64,000 bases of DNA from Rhodoferax sp. (GCA_019449595.1 JAGRPL010000014.1:246043-310042), one strand, 5' to 3'; positions 49,322 through 59,812 are shown, counted from the stretch's first letter. Notes: a model not told the origin generated them from the letters alone. Numbers and translations: made by a program.

Positions 49322-50563
49322 TCAGTACAGGATGCGGCAGCGGATGGTGGCCGGCACGGCGCGCAGTTCGGCCAGCGCCGACTGGCTGGCGGCGCTGTCG
49401 ACGTCGATCACCACGTAGCCCACCTCTTCCGAGGTGCTCAGGTACTGCGCGGCAATGTTGATGCCGGCGGCCGACAGGCGCTCGTTGACGTGGGCCAACA
49501 CGCCGGGCACGTTCTTGTGGATGTGCAGCAGGCGGCTGCGGCCCGTGTGTTCGGGCAACGCCACTTCCGGGAAGTTGACGGCCGAGGTGGTGGATCCGTT
49601 GCCGCTGTAGCGGATGAGCTTGGCCGCCACTTCCTTGCCGATGTTGACCTGGGCCTCGGACGTGGAGCCGCCGATGTGGGGCGTCAGGATGACGTTGTCA
49701 AAACGCGTGAGCGGCGAGGTGAAGACGGCGTCGTTGCCTTGCGGCTCGACCGGGAAAACGTCGATGGCTGCGCCGTGCAGGTGGTGGCGGTCCAGGGCGG
49801 CGGCCAGCGCATCGATGTCGACCACGGTGCCCCGCGAGGCATTGATCAGGTGGCTGCCGGGCTTCATGGCAGCCAGTTGCGCGGCACCCATCAGGTTCTG
49901 CGTCTGGGGTGTTTCGGGCACATGCAGGCTGACCACGTCGGCGGCGGCCAGCAACGCTTCCAGGCTGGGCATTTCACGCGCGTTGCCCAGCGGCAGCTTG
50001 GCTTCGATGTCGCGGAACAGCACCTGCATGCCCAGCTGCTCGGCCAGCACGCCGATCTGGGTGCCGATGTGGCCGTAGCCGACGATGCCCAGCGTCTTGC
50101 CGCGCACTTCGTAGGAATGCGCCGCGCTCTTGACCCAGCCGCCCCGGTGCAGGACGGCGTTTTTCTCCGGAATGCCGCGCATCAGCATGATGATCTGCGC
50201 CAGCACCAGCTCGGCCACGCTGCGGGTGTTGGAAAACGGTGCGTTGAAGACCGGAATGCCCAGACGCATTGCGGCCTTCAGGTCCACCTGGTTGGTGCCG
50301 ATGCAGAAGCAGCCGATGGCGGTGAGCTGCGGCGCGTGTTGCAGCACCTCGGCGGTGAGTTGGGTGCGCGAGCGGATGCCCACGAAGTGCGCATCGGCCA
50401 GGGCCTCCTGCAGCGCGTCGCCGGCCAGGGCCTTGGCGTGGGTGATGACCTGGGTGTAGCCGGCGTGGTGCAAGGCGTCCACAGCCGAAGGGTGAATGCC
50501 TTCGAGCAGCACGGCTTTGAGAGCCGCCTTGGGCGTGGGGAGGTCGGGTGTGGGGTGGGTCAT
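49322..50563 (-). CDS. serA: D-3-phosphoglycerate dehydrogenase with a C-terminal ACT domain
   Basis: 'LGIVGYGHIGTQIG', 'INASRGTVVD', 'TPHIGGST' and an ACT tail. The start is ATG 50563; the upstream part of the 545-aa ORF is rejected. Confidence 0.9.
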   Translation of the reverse strand: MTHPTPDLPTPKAALKAVLLEGIHPSAVDALHHAGYTQVITHAKALAGDALQEALADAHFVGIRSRTQLTAEVLQHAPQLTAIGCFCIGTNQVDLKAAMRLGIPVFNAPFSNTRSVAELVLAQIIMLMRGIPEKNAVLHRGGWVKSAAHSYEVRGKTLGIVGYGHIGTQIGVLAEQLGMQVLFRDIEAKLPLGNAREMPSLEALLAAADVVSLHVPETPQTQNLMGAAQLAAMKPGSHLINASRGTVVDIDALAAALDRHHLHGAAIDVFPVEPQGNDAVFTSPLTRFDNVILTPHIGGSTSEAQVNIGKEVAAKLIRYSGNGSTTSAVNFPEVALPEHTGRSRLLHIHKNVPGVLAHVNERLSAAGINIAAQYLSTSEEVGYVVIDVDSAASQSALAELRAVPATIRCRILY

Positions 50564-51030
50564 GGCAGGGGTCCGTATGGAGTGATGGGCATGCGCGGCT
50601 GCAGGCTGCCGCAGGCCACGACACCGAGGGGCGCCTGGGGCAGCAGGTCGGCCAGGGTATAGCGGTTGAAGTACTGCATGAGGTTTTGCAGGGCCCCGTT
50701 CATGATCCCGGTGAGCTTGCAGTTGCCCGTGAGCGTGCAGGCCGTGTTGCCGGCCAGACAGTCCACGAGGTAGAAGTCTGGCTCCATGCTGCGCACCACG
50801 GCCCCCAGGTTGATGGCCGAGGGCGCCGCCGCCAGACGCATGCCGCCGCCTTTGCCGCGCACCGTTTCCAGCCAGCCCGACAGGCTGAGCTGGTGCGTGA
50901 TCTTCATCAGGTGTGCTTCCGAGATGGCATAGGCGTTGGCCACTTCGGCGATGGTGCACAGGCGGTCCGGCTGCTGCGCCACGTAGATCAGCAGACGTAC
51001 GGCGTAGTCGGTCATGGTGGTCAGGCGCAT
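50560..51030 (-). CDS. nsrR: Rrf2-family [Fe-S] transcriptional regulator, NsrR-like
   Basis: 'MRLTTMTDYAVRLLIYVA...GKGGGMRLA', the Cys triad 'DCLAGNTACTLTGNC', and the neighbouring nnrS gene and NsrR-type box. Confidence 0.7.
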   Translation of the reverse strand: MRLTTMTDYAVRLLIYVAQQPDRLCTIAEVANAYAISEAHLMKITHQLSLSGWLETVRGKGGGMRLAAAPSAINLGAVVRSMEPDFYLVDCLAGNTACTLTGNCKLTGIMNGALQNLMQYFNRYTLADLLPQAPLGVVACGSLQPRMPITPYGPLP

Positions 51031-51064
51031 GGAGAACTCCCGGGTTGCTGCGGCAGGCCGTGGC

Positions 51065-52270
51065 TCACTGCCGCGGGCGGATCAAGATAGGGGTGAACTG
51101 CCACAGGTACAGCGCCAGCGACGCAATCCAGGCAGCGCCGGCCATGTGCAGCAGCGCGGCGGTGGCGGGCGTGCTGGCAATGGCGGCCAGGCGCAGCGCC
51201 ACGGCGATGAGCATGAGCCAGTAGCTGGCGCGCATGGTGCGGTCCGTGGCCAGCGGCCGTCCGGTGTGGCCCAGTGCGGTGCGGGTGACCATGCCGATGA
51301 TGAGGACCGAGAAGCCCGCCATGGCGATGGTGTGTACCGGCAGGACCCGTGGCAGGTCCACCCCGGCGTATTGCAAGGCGGCCATCAGCAGGCCGGCGCC
51401 GATGGCGGCATAGCCCACGTACAGAATCCACAGCAAGGCGTTGGCCCGCACCGCCAGCGGTTTCCAGCTGATGAGCTGCACCAGGGCCAGCACACCGGCC
51501 AGTCCCAGCGCTGCGGCGCTGAGTAGGTTCACGCCCGCCAGCAGGCTCACCACGGCCACCGCGCACGCGCCCAGCTGCACCCAGCCGGTTTCCAGATGCT
51601 TGGGGATATTCAGGCCCTGCACCGCGCGCATGGCGAAGAACGGGATCACGCGTCGGCCAATGAGCAAGGCAATCAGGGCCATGACCAGCAGCCCGGCGTT
51701 GAAGCGCTGCATCAGCAGCAGGTAGTCGCCGCCGCGCGCGGTCAGCAGGTAGAGTCCGTCGGTGGCGCCCAGGCCCGCCAACAGGCCCGGCACGGCGTAG
51801 TTGCGGCTGTTCTTGGAGACCACCACGGCGCGCAGCATGGCCACCGAGCCCAGTAGGAAGAACGCCAGCTCCGACACGGTGGCGACCCAGAAGGCGGCCT
51901 CCAGCGGCAGCAGGAATCCTATGCGCGCCACCGCCCACAACACGCACGCCAACGCCAGCACCTTGCCCGTCATGGGGGTAATGCCGGTCCAGCTGGCGCC
52001 CGCGGTCATCAGAAACGCCAGAGCAATGGTGGCGATGAAGCCCCACAGCATCTCGTGGGCGTGCCAGGCAATGCCGCCCAAGGGAGCCGTGAGCACGGAG
52101 GGTGCGTAGATCCACAAGGCGATGGCGATCAGCGCCCAGGCGACACCTGCCAGGTACAGCGGTCTGAAGGCCAGTTCCAGAAAGGCCTTCATGCTGGGGG
52201 CGACCGGGGCTTTGGGCGCAGGCTTTTGCGGCGAGGGGATGGCAGCGGTGCGAATGGGCGGTGTTGGCAT
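51065..52270 (-). CDS. nnrS: NnrS family (NO-response haem/copper) membrane protein
   Basis: 401 aa, ~12 TM segments, with 'AWHAHEMLWGF' typical of NnrS. Confidence 0.85.
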   Translation of the reverse strand: MPTPPIRTAAIPSPQKPAPKAPVAPSMKAFLELAFRPLYLAGVAWALIAIALWIYAPSVLTAPLGGIAWHAHEMLWGFIATIALAFLMTAGASWTGITPMTGKVLALACVLWAVARIGFLLPLEAAFWVATVSELAFFLLGSVAMLRAVVVSKNSRNYAVPGLLAGLGATDGLYLLTARGGDYLLLMQRFNAGLLVMALIALLIGRRVIPFFAMRAVQGLNIPKHLETGWVQLGACAVAVVSLLAGVNLLSAAALGLAGVLALVQLISWKPLAVRANALLWILYVGYAAIGAGLLMAALQYAGVDLPRVLPVHTIAMAGFSVLIIGMVTRTALGHTGRPLATDRTMRASYWLMLIAVALRLAAIASTPATAALLHMAGAAWIASLALYLWQFTPILIRPRQ

Positions 52271-52292
52271 GGTGGCTTCAGGAAATATTCAT

Positions 52293-52315
52293 AAGATTCA
52301 TTTTATATACATCTT
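52293..52315. promoter_or_regulatory. NsrR-type operator in the divergent nnrS / DUF2249 promoter region
   Basis: 'AAGATTCATTTTATATACATCTT' has the AAGAT-N13-ATCTT architecture. On the minus strand it overlaps a TTGAAT-N17-TAAGAT promoter. On the plus strand it abuts TATAAT (52315-52320). Confidence 0.7.
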
Positions 52316-52351
52316 ATAATAAGTTTTCCATTTATTCAAGGAACCCTTGCC

Positions 52352-52636
52352 ATGACCCAGGTTACCCACGCTGTTGAAGTCGATACCCGTCCCATGCCCG
52401 CCAAGGACCGCCGCACGCTGGTCTTCTGGACGTTCGAGCAGCTCGGCGTCGACATGACCATGGAGTTGGTCAGCGACCATGACCCCCTGACGCTGCGCAG
52501 CCAGTTCGAGCTGGAGAAGCCCAACCTGTTTTCCTGGGAATACCTGGAAAGCGGCCCCGCGGTCTGGCGCGTTGCCGTGACCAAGCTCAAGGGCAAGCAC
52601 GGCGTGGACCATTGCTGCGGCGCCTGCGGCGGCTAG
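52352..52636 (+). CDS. DUF2249 domain protein with a C-terminal Cys cluster
   Basis: 'MELVSDHDPLTLRSQFE', similar to the ORF at 48602-48859, with the tail 'HCCGACGG'. Confidence 0.7.
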   Translation: MTQVTHAVEVDTRPMPAKDRRTLVFWTFEQLGVDMTMELVSDHDPLTLRSQFELEKPNLFSWEYLESGPAVWRVAVTKLKGKHGVDHCCGACGG

Positions 52637-52729
52637 GTTAGGTTTCGCCGCCGGGCCGCCCCAAGGCGAAACGCGGCCCCCTTTGGGGGGCAGCGAACGA
52701 CACGCAGTGCGTGAGCGTGGGGGTCATGT

Positions 52730-53290
52730 TCAGGCCGCGATCACTTCCAGATCGGGTTCCAGCATGCGCAGCTGGTTCTCGATGCTTTGCAGGGTTCCCG
52801 ATATGGAGCTCGGGCAGGTGCCGCAGGCACCCTGGTAGTGCACGACCAGCTGGTTCCCCACCAGACTGAGCACATGCAGGTCGCCTCCATCGCTTTGCAG
52901 GTAGGGGCGGATCTGCTGGTCCAGCATCAGGTTGATGTCGTCCAGGCGTTGCTGGTCGGCCGCGCTCAGGTGATCGAACGCTTCGCGTGCGGCAAACACG
53001 GCCGCCGCAGACTGGTCGGCCGCGGCCGGCGCGGCACGTATCGGCACGGCCACTTCGCGCGCCAGGTCTTCCCACTCCACGGCACCGTCCTGGGTGACGG
53101 TGAGCCAGCGGTCCACATAGAAGACGTTGGTGACATGCGGGATGGCGAACAGCGCGCGCGCCAGCGCATCGTCCTGCGCCTGTTCGGCGTTTTCGTACGA
53201 ATGGGTGACGCCCCAGGTGAGCGGCTCGCGCAGGACGAACTTCACCGCGTTGGGGTTGGGCGTGGTCTCGATGTCGGCGATCTTGGGCAT
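52730..53290 (-). CDS. Nfu/NifU-type Fe-S cluster scaffold/carrier (Nfu_N + NifU C-terminal domain)
   Basis: 'TPNPNAVKFVL' is the Nfu_N element. 'LQSDGGDLHVLSL...ACGTCPSS' is the CxxC element. Confidence 0.85.
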   Translation of the reverse strand: MPKIADIETTPNPNAVKFVLREPLTWGVTHSYENAEQAQDDALARALFAIPHVTNVFYVDRWLTVTQDGAVEWEDLAREVAVPIRAAPAAADQSAAAVFAAREAFDHLSAADQQRLDDINLMLDQQIRPYLQSDGGDLHVLSLVGNQLVVHYQGACGTCPSSISGTLQSIENQLRMLEPDLEVIAA

Positions 53291-53320
53291 GGCGGGTTCC
53301 TCACGGCATGGGGTGCGGGC

Positions 53321-53821
53321 TCAGGCGTCGCCCAGCGGCGTGTGCATGGGGTCGTTTTCGGCTTCGGTGGACGTCGTGCCCCCGGTCTTGAGCGCAGACT
53401 GCAGCGTGTGCCAGGGCAGGACGGCGCACTTCACGCGCATGGGAAGCTCGCTGATGCCGGAAAACACGGCCAGACGGCCGATGTGCGGACCCACGGCCTG
53501 GCCGCTGGCCGGGTCGGGGCGGCCGGTGGCCATGTCGACGAATTCCTGGATCAGGGTTTGTGCCTCGTCGCGGTGCTTGCCCTTGACGGCCACCGTCATC
53601 ATGGAGGCCGACGCCTTGCAGATGGCGCACGACTCGCCGTGGAAGGCAATGGCGGCCACCGTGTCGCCTGCCAACTGGAGCGCCAGGTGGATGTGGTCGC
53701 CGCACAGCGGGTTGAGCCCTTCGGCCTGGTGGCTGGCGTGGTCTAGCGCGCCGTAGTTGCGCGGCTTCTTGTTGTGGTCCAGGATGACTTCCTGGTACAG
53801 GGCTTTGGGGTCGGTGCTCAT
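53321..53821 (-). CDS. sufU: SUF system NifU-family sulfur-transfer protein SufU
   Basis: 'YQEVILDHNKKPRN', 'NPLCGD', 'GESCAICKASASMM' and 'RVKCAVLPWHTL'. Confidence 0.85.
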   Translation of the reverse strand: MSTDPKALYQEVILDHNKKPRNYGALDHASHQAEGLNPLCGDHIHLALQLAGDTVAAIAFHGESCAICKASASMMTVAVKGKHRDEAQTLIQEFVDMATGRPDPASGQAVGPHIGRLAVFSGISELPMRVKCAVLPWHTLQSALKTGGTTSTEAENDPMHTPLGDA

Positions 53822-53830
53822 GGCGCGGTC

Positions 53831-55078
53831 CTAGGCGAAGATTTTCTGGACGGCGCGGATGCCGGCCGCCAGCGCGTCGACTTCGGCCTGCGTGTTGTAG
53901 AACGCAAACGAGGCGCGCGAAGTGGCGGCCACGCCGAGCCGCTGCATCAGGGGCTGGGCACAGTGGTGGCCGGTGCGCACGGCAACGCCTTCCTGGTTCA
54001 GCAGGGTGCCCACGTCGTGCGGATGGATGCCGGCCACGGTGAATGACAGCACTGCCGCCTTCTGCGCGGCCGTACCCACCAGGCGCACGCCAGGCAGCGC
54101 GCCCAGCTGCTGCGTGGCGTACTGCAGCAGGGCATGCTCGTGCGCCGCAATGGCCGGCATGCCGATGGCCGACAGGTAGTCCACCGCGGCCCCCAGACCG
54201 ATGGCCGCGGCAATGGGGGGCGTGCCGGCTTCAAACTTGTGCGGAATGGTGTTGTAGGTGGTCTTTTCGAACGTGACGGTATGGATCATGTCGCCACCGC
54301 CCTTGAACGGCTGCATCTGCTCCAGCAGAGCGGCGCGGCCATAGAGCACGCCAATGCCGGTGGGGCCGCACATCTTGTGGCCGGAGAAGGCATAGAAATC
54401 GCAGTCCAGCGCCTGGACGTCCACGGCGAAGTGCGGCGCGGCCTGGGCCCCATCCACCAGCACCGGCACACCGTGGGCATGCGCCAGGGCGACCATCTGC
54501 TGGATCGGGTTGACGCTGCCCAGTGCGTTGGAGACATGGCCCACGCTGACCAGGCGTGTGCGCGCGTTGAACAGCGCCGCGTAGTCGTCCAGCAGCAGCT
54601 CCCCGGCGTCGTTCATGGGCACCACGCGCAGGGTGGCGCCTTTTTCGGCGGCCAGCATCTGCCACGGCACGATGTTGGAGTGGTGTTCCAGCACGCTCAG
54701 GATGATCTCGTCGCCCGCGGCGATGAATTTGCGTCCCCAACCCTGCATCACCAGGTTGATGCTGTCGGTGGTGCCGCTGGTAAAGATGATCTCGCGCTCC
54801 TCGCGGGCATTGAGGAAGTGCTGCAGCGTGCGCCGCGCGCCCTCGTAGGCGGTGGTGGCCCGCTCCGACAGCGTGTGCACCGCGCGGTGGATGTTGGCGT
54901 GCTCGTGCGTGCGGTAATGCACCAGGCGGTCGATGACGGCCTGCGGCATCTGGCTGGAGGCCGCGTTGTCCAGGTACACCAGCGGCCTGCCCGCCACGCG
55001 CTGGTGCAGGATGGGAAAGTCGGCGCGGATGCGTTCCACGGCGAGGGTGGATGGCGTGGTGGAGGTGGTGGTGTTCAT
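53831..55078 (-). CDS. sufS: Cysteine desulfurase SufS
   Basis: 'IRADFPIL', 'VYLDNAASSQ', 'FSGHKMCGPTGIGVLYG' and 'RTGHHCAQP'. The start at ATG 55078 overlaps the sufD stop. Confidence 0.93.
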   Translation of the reverse strand: MNTTTSTTPSTLAVERIRADFPILHQRVAGRPLVYLDNAASSQMPQAVIDRLVHYRTHEHANIHRAVHTLSERATTAYEGARRTLQHFLNAREEREIIFTSGTTDSINLVMQGWGRKFIAAGDEIILSVLEHHSNIVPWQMLAAEKGATLRVVPMNDAGELLLDDYAALFNARTRLVSVGHVSNALGSVNPIQQMVALAHAHGVPVLVDGAQAAPHFAVDVQALDCDFYAFSGHKMCGPTGIGVLYGRAALLEQMQPFKGGGDMIHTVTFEKTTYNTIPHKFEAGTPPIAAAIGLGAAVDYLSAIGMPAIAAHEHALLQYATQQLGALPGVRLVGTAAQKAAVLSFTVAGIHPHDVGTLLNQEGVAVRTGHHCAQPLMQRLGVAATSRASFAFYNTQAEVDALAAGIRAVQKIFA

Positions 55079-56384
55079 GGCTGGTGGTGGGTTTGTTCCA
55101 GCACGGCGGTTTCTAGCTGCTGGCGCAGGGAGGCCACGGGAATGCGGTCGATGACGTCGGCGGCGAAGGCGTAGGTCAGCAGCTTGCGCGCGGCGTCCCG
55201 GGACAGGCCGCGGCTTTGCAGGTAGAAGATTTCTTCGCTGTCGAGCTGGCCGACGGCGGCGCCGTGCGTGCATTTCACGTCGTCGGCAAAGATTTCCAGC
55301 TGCGGCTGGGTGTCCACCACCGCCTGCGGGGTCAGCAGCAGGTTGCGGCTGGTCTGGGCCGAGTCGGTGCCCTGGGCGCCGGGCGCCACCCGGACCTTGC
55401 CGTTGAACACGGCGTGCGCCGTACCGTCGACGATGGTCTTGTGCAGCTGGCGGCTACGGCCCTGCGGGCGGGCGTGGTCGATGAAGGTGTGCGTGTCGGC
55501 GAGTTGCTGGCCGCTGAGCAGGGCCAAGCCGTCGAGCGTGCACTCGGTGCCTTCGCCGGTCTGTTGCACGGCGAGTTCCTGGCGGGAAATGTGCGCGCCC
55601 AGCGCAATGCTGACCGCGTGGTAGCGCGCCGACGGGGCCAGCGACACGTCGCAGCGCCCCAGGTGGATGGCCTGGTGGCTTTCGCGCTGCAGGCGGATGT
55701 GCTCTAACTTGGCGTTGGCCCCCACCACGATTTCGGCGACGGCGTTGGTGAAGCCGGGGCCCGCGTGCAGGGAGACGTAGTCTTCCACCACGATCACGGC
55801 GCTGCCCGGCTCGGCAACCAGCAGCAGCCGCGGGTGGCTGGCCACTGCAGGCTGGGTGGCGATGAACAGCAGGTGCACCGGGCTTGCCAGCGCGGTGTTG
55901 CGCGGCACGGTGAGTAGGGCCGCGTCCTGCAGGAAGGCCGTGTTCAAGGCCGTGAACAGGGCGTTGTGAAAGGTGGCGTGGCGGGTGAGGTGCGGCGCGA
56001 GGCCGGCGGCGAGGGATGGTGGCGCGGTCTGCAGGGTGCTTGCCGTAGCGGCGAAGTCCGGCGCCGTGCAGGAAAGCGCGGGCGCGTGGACGCCGTCGAC
56101 AAAGACGAGGCGGGTGCCGGCCTCGGGGATGTGAAACGGTGCGATGTCGGCTTCCCGCAGGGGTGTGGGCGTGCGCAGCGGGTGCAGGGTCTGGCGTGTG
56201 AGCGGGGAGATATCGGTGAAGCGCCAGGCTTCCTCGCGCACGGTGGGCAGCGTCAGGGCGTTGACCCGTTCCAGCGCCTGGGCACGCAGCGGCTTCAGCC
56301 AGGCCAGCGCAGCGTCCCCGGCGGCCGGGGACGGGGGCTGGTCGTGCAGCAGGGCCTCCAGCCAGGCGGACGTGGCGATGGTGC

Positions 56385-56388
<4 letters not shown>
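55075..56388 (-). CDS. sufD: Fe-S cluster assembly protein SufD
   Basis: Its position between sufC and sufS and the C-terminal '[29 protein letters not shown]'. Confidence 0.9.
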
Positions 56389-57172
<784 letters not shown>

Positions 57173-57176
<4 letters not shown>

Positions 57177-58615
57177 CCGATGCTCCCTTCGAGTTTGAAC
57201 CCCAGTAATTTGGTCGCTTCGACCGCGAATTCCATGGGCAGCTGGCGGAACACGTCCTTGCAGAAGCCGTTGATGATCATGGAGATGGCGTCCTCCGGCG
57301 CGATGCCGCGCTGGGCCAGGTAGAACAGCTGGTCTTCCCCGATCTTGGAGGTGGAGGCCTCGTGCTCCACGGTCGCGCTGGCGTTGCGCACCTGGATGTA
57401 GGGGAAGGTGTGGGCGCCGCTCTGCTGCCCGATGAGCAGCGAGTCGCATTGCGAGTGGTTGCGGGCGTTGGCGGCGGTCGGCAGCACCTTCACCAGCCCG
57501 CGGTAGCTGTTGTTGGACTGCCCGGCCGAGATGCCCTTGCTCACGATGGTGCTGCGGGTGTTCTTGCCGATGTGGATCATCTTGGTTCCGGTGTCGGCCT
57601 GCTGGTGGTGGTTGGTCACCGCCACCGAATAGAACTCGCCGACCGAGTTGTCGCCCACCAGTACGCAGGAGGGGTACTTCCAGGTGATGGCAGAGCCGGT
57701 TTCGACCTGGGTCCAGGCGATGCGGGAGTTGACGCCCTTGGCCAGGCCGCGCTTGGTGACGAAGTTGTAGATGCCGCCACGGCCTTCTTCGTCGCCGGCG
57801 TACCAGTTCTGCACGGTGGAGTACTTGATGTCGGCGTTGTCCAGCGCCACCAGCTCCACCACGGCGGCGTGCAGCTGGTTGGTGTCGAACTTGGGCGCGG
57901 TACAGCCTTCCAGGTACGACACCGACGCCCCTTCCTCGGCAATGATCAGCGTGCGCTCGAACTGCCCGGTTTCCTCGGTGTTGATGCGGAAATAGGTGGA
58001 CAGCTCCATCGGGCATTTGACGCCCTTGGGGATGTAGCAGAACGAGCCGTCGGTGAACACCGCCGAGTTCAGGGCGGCGTAGAAGTTGTCGCCCGGTGGC
58101 ACCACGGTGCCCAGGTATTTCTGCACCAGTTCCGGGTGGGTCTGCACGGCCTCGGAAATGGAGCCGAAGATGATGCCCACCTCGGCCAGCTTGGCCTTGT
58201 AGGTGGTGGTGACGGAGACGCTGTCGAAGATGACGTCCACCGCCACGCCGGCCAGCGCCGCGCGCTCGTGCATCGGCACGCCCAGCTTCTCGAAGGTGCG
58301 CAGCAACTCGGGGTCGACCTCGTCCATGCTGGCCAGCTTGGGCTTGGGCTTGCGCTTGGGCGCGGCGTAGTAGCTGATGGCCTGGAAGTCGATGGGCGGA
58401 TGTTTCACGTTGGCCCAGTCTGGCTCCTGCAGGGTGAGCCAGTGGCGCAGCGCCTTCAGGCGGAAGTCCAGCAGCCACTGCGGCTCGTTCTTCTTGGCCG
58501 AGATCAACCGCACCGTGTCCTCGTTCAGGCCCTTGGAGGCGACGTCCGAGGCGATGTCGGTGACAAAACCATAGGGGTAGGGCTGGTTGACCAGCTCCTG
58601 CAGCGTGCTGCTCAT
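57173..58615 (-). CDS. sufB: Fe-S cluster assembly scaffold SufB
   Basis: 480 aa with 'YPYGFVTDI', '[10 protein letters not shown]' and '[20 protein letters not shown]'-like '[21 protein letters not shown]'. Confidence 0.95.
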
Positions 58616-58950
58616 GGTGCGGCCTTTTTCAGGTTGAAGCTCTCGCCGCAGCCACAGGTGCTGCTGACGTTGGGGTTGTCGAACTGGAAGGTCTTCTTCA
58701 TGCCTTCGCTCACGTAGTCCAGCGTGGAGCCGTCCAGGCTCCCCAGGGTTTGCGCATTGACTACCAGCTTGGCGCCGAAGTGCTCAAACACCTGATCGCC
58801 GGCCTCCAGCGCGTCGGCGATGTCGTAGGTGTAGGCCAGGCCGGAGCAGCCCACGGGCTTGACCCCTACGCGCAGGCCCAGGCCGCTGCCGCGTTTGGCA
58901 AGCTGGGCGCTGATCTGTCGGGCTGCGGTTTCGGTCAGGGTGATGGCCAT
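58612..58950 (-). CDS. sufA: A-type Fe-S carrier (SufA/IscA/ErpA family)
   Basis: '[16 protein letters not shown]' and the C-terminal 'CGCGESF'. The start is at ATG 58950. Confidence 0.9.
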   Translation of the reverse strand: MAITLTETAARQISAQLAKRGSGLGLRVGVKPVGCSGLAYTYDIADALEAGDQVFEHFGAKLVVNAQTLGSLDGSTLDYVSEGMKKTFQFDNPNVSSTCGCGESFNLKKAAP

Positions 58951-58967
58951 GGTGTGTGTCCTTGCTA

Positions 58968-58990
58968 AAGATATATTTAAGATAAATCTT
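58968..58990. promoter_or_regulatory. Second NsrR-type operator, overlapping the predicted suf promoter -10
   Basis: 'AAGATATATTTAAGATAAATCTT' has the same AAGAT-N13-ATCTT frame as 52293-52315. On the minus strand TTGACA-N16-TAAGAT precedes it, and the box begins inside the -10. Confidence 0.6.
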
Positions 58991-59109
58991 ATACTCCACG
59001 CGGCGTTTGTCAAACCGCGCTGCGGAGGCGGGCCGGTGGTACCGGGACGCAGGGAGTCGCCGTTTTTTGCATAAAAACCGGCTCCATGCGCCGTGGAATA
59101 TGCGCGAAC

Positions 59110-59130
59110 AGCTACTGAATTGATAGCAAT
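59110..59130. repeat. AT-rich palindromic motif copy (between cueR and the suf promoter)
   Basis: 'AGCTAC-tgaattg-ATAGCAAT'. The flank 'ATGCGCGAAC' resembles the flank 'ATGCGTGAAT' of the 42.1 kb copy. Confidence 0.55.
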
Positions 59131-59166
59131 CGGGGCGCGCTGGAGGCGCTACAAACCCGATGAACC

Positions 59167-59631
59167 CTACTGCGGGTGCGGACTTGGGACCGTGGCGCAC
59201 CCGGTGGATGGCGTGCCGGCCAGGTCGTCCAGGATGGGGCAGTCGGGGCGCTCGTCGCCGTGGCAGTGGTGCAGCAGCTGGTGCAGCGTGCGCTGCATGG
59301 CCTGCATGGACTCGATGCGCGCCCCCAGGTCGTCCAGGTGCTTCTGGGCGATGCGCTTGACGCTGGCGCTGGCGCGGCGGCGGTTTTGCCACAGGTTGAC
59401 GAGTTCGCTGATCTCGGCCATGGAGAAACCGAGGTCGCGGCTGCGCTTGATGAAGCGCAGGGTGTGCACGTCGGCGGCGCTGTACTGGCGGTAGCCGCTG
59501 TCGGTGCGGCGCACCTGGCCCAGCAGCCCCAGCGACTCGTAGTGGCGCAGCATCTTGGCCGAAACGCCGCTGCGCCGGGCCGCCTCGCCGATGGCGACCG
59601 GCACGTCCGGCGTGTCAGTCCGCGACGGCAT
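59167..59631 (-). CDS. cueR: Cu(I)-responsive MerR-family regulator CueR/HmrR
   Basis: 'IGEAARRSGVSAKMLRHYESLGLL' and the metal loop 'CHGDERPDCPI'. An alternative GTG start at 59604 would remove the overlap with copZ. Confidence 0.88.
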   Translation of the reverse strand: MPSRTDTPDVPVAIGEAARRSGVSAKMLRHYESLGLLGQVRRTDSGYRQYSAADVHTLRFIKRSRDLGFSMAEISELVNLWQNRRRASASVKRIAQKHLDDLGARIESMQAMQRTLHQLLHHCHGDERPDCPILDDLAGTPSTGCATVPSPHPQ

Positions 59632-59812
59632 AGCCTTCTTCGGCGATGGCGTGCGCCAGGGCCTCGCGCGGCTGGGTGGACTGCACCTGCACGCGGTTTT
59701 GCGCGCGGTCGATCTGGACCTCGGCCTGCGGGTCCACCTGCTTGAGGGCGCGGGTAACGGCCTTTTCGCAGTGGCCGCAGGTCATGCCGGTAACGGTGAA
59801 AGTCTGGTTCAT
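59615..59812 (-). CDS. copZ: Heavy-metal-associated copper chaperone CopZ
   Basis: 65 aa with 'VTGMTCGHCEKAV'. The SD AAGGA lies upstream of ATG 59812. Confidence 0.88.
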   Translation of the reverse strand: MNQTFTVTGMTCGHCEKAVTRALKQVDPQAEVQIDRAQNRVQVQSTQPREALAHAIAEEGYAVAD

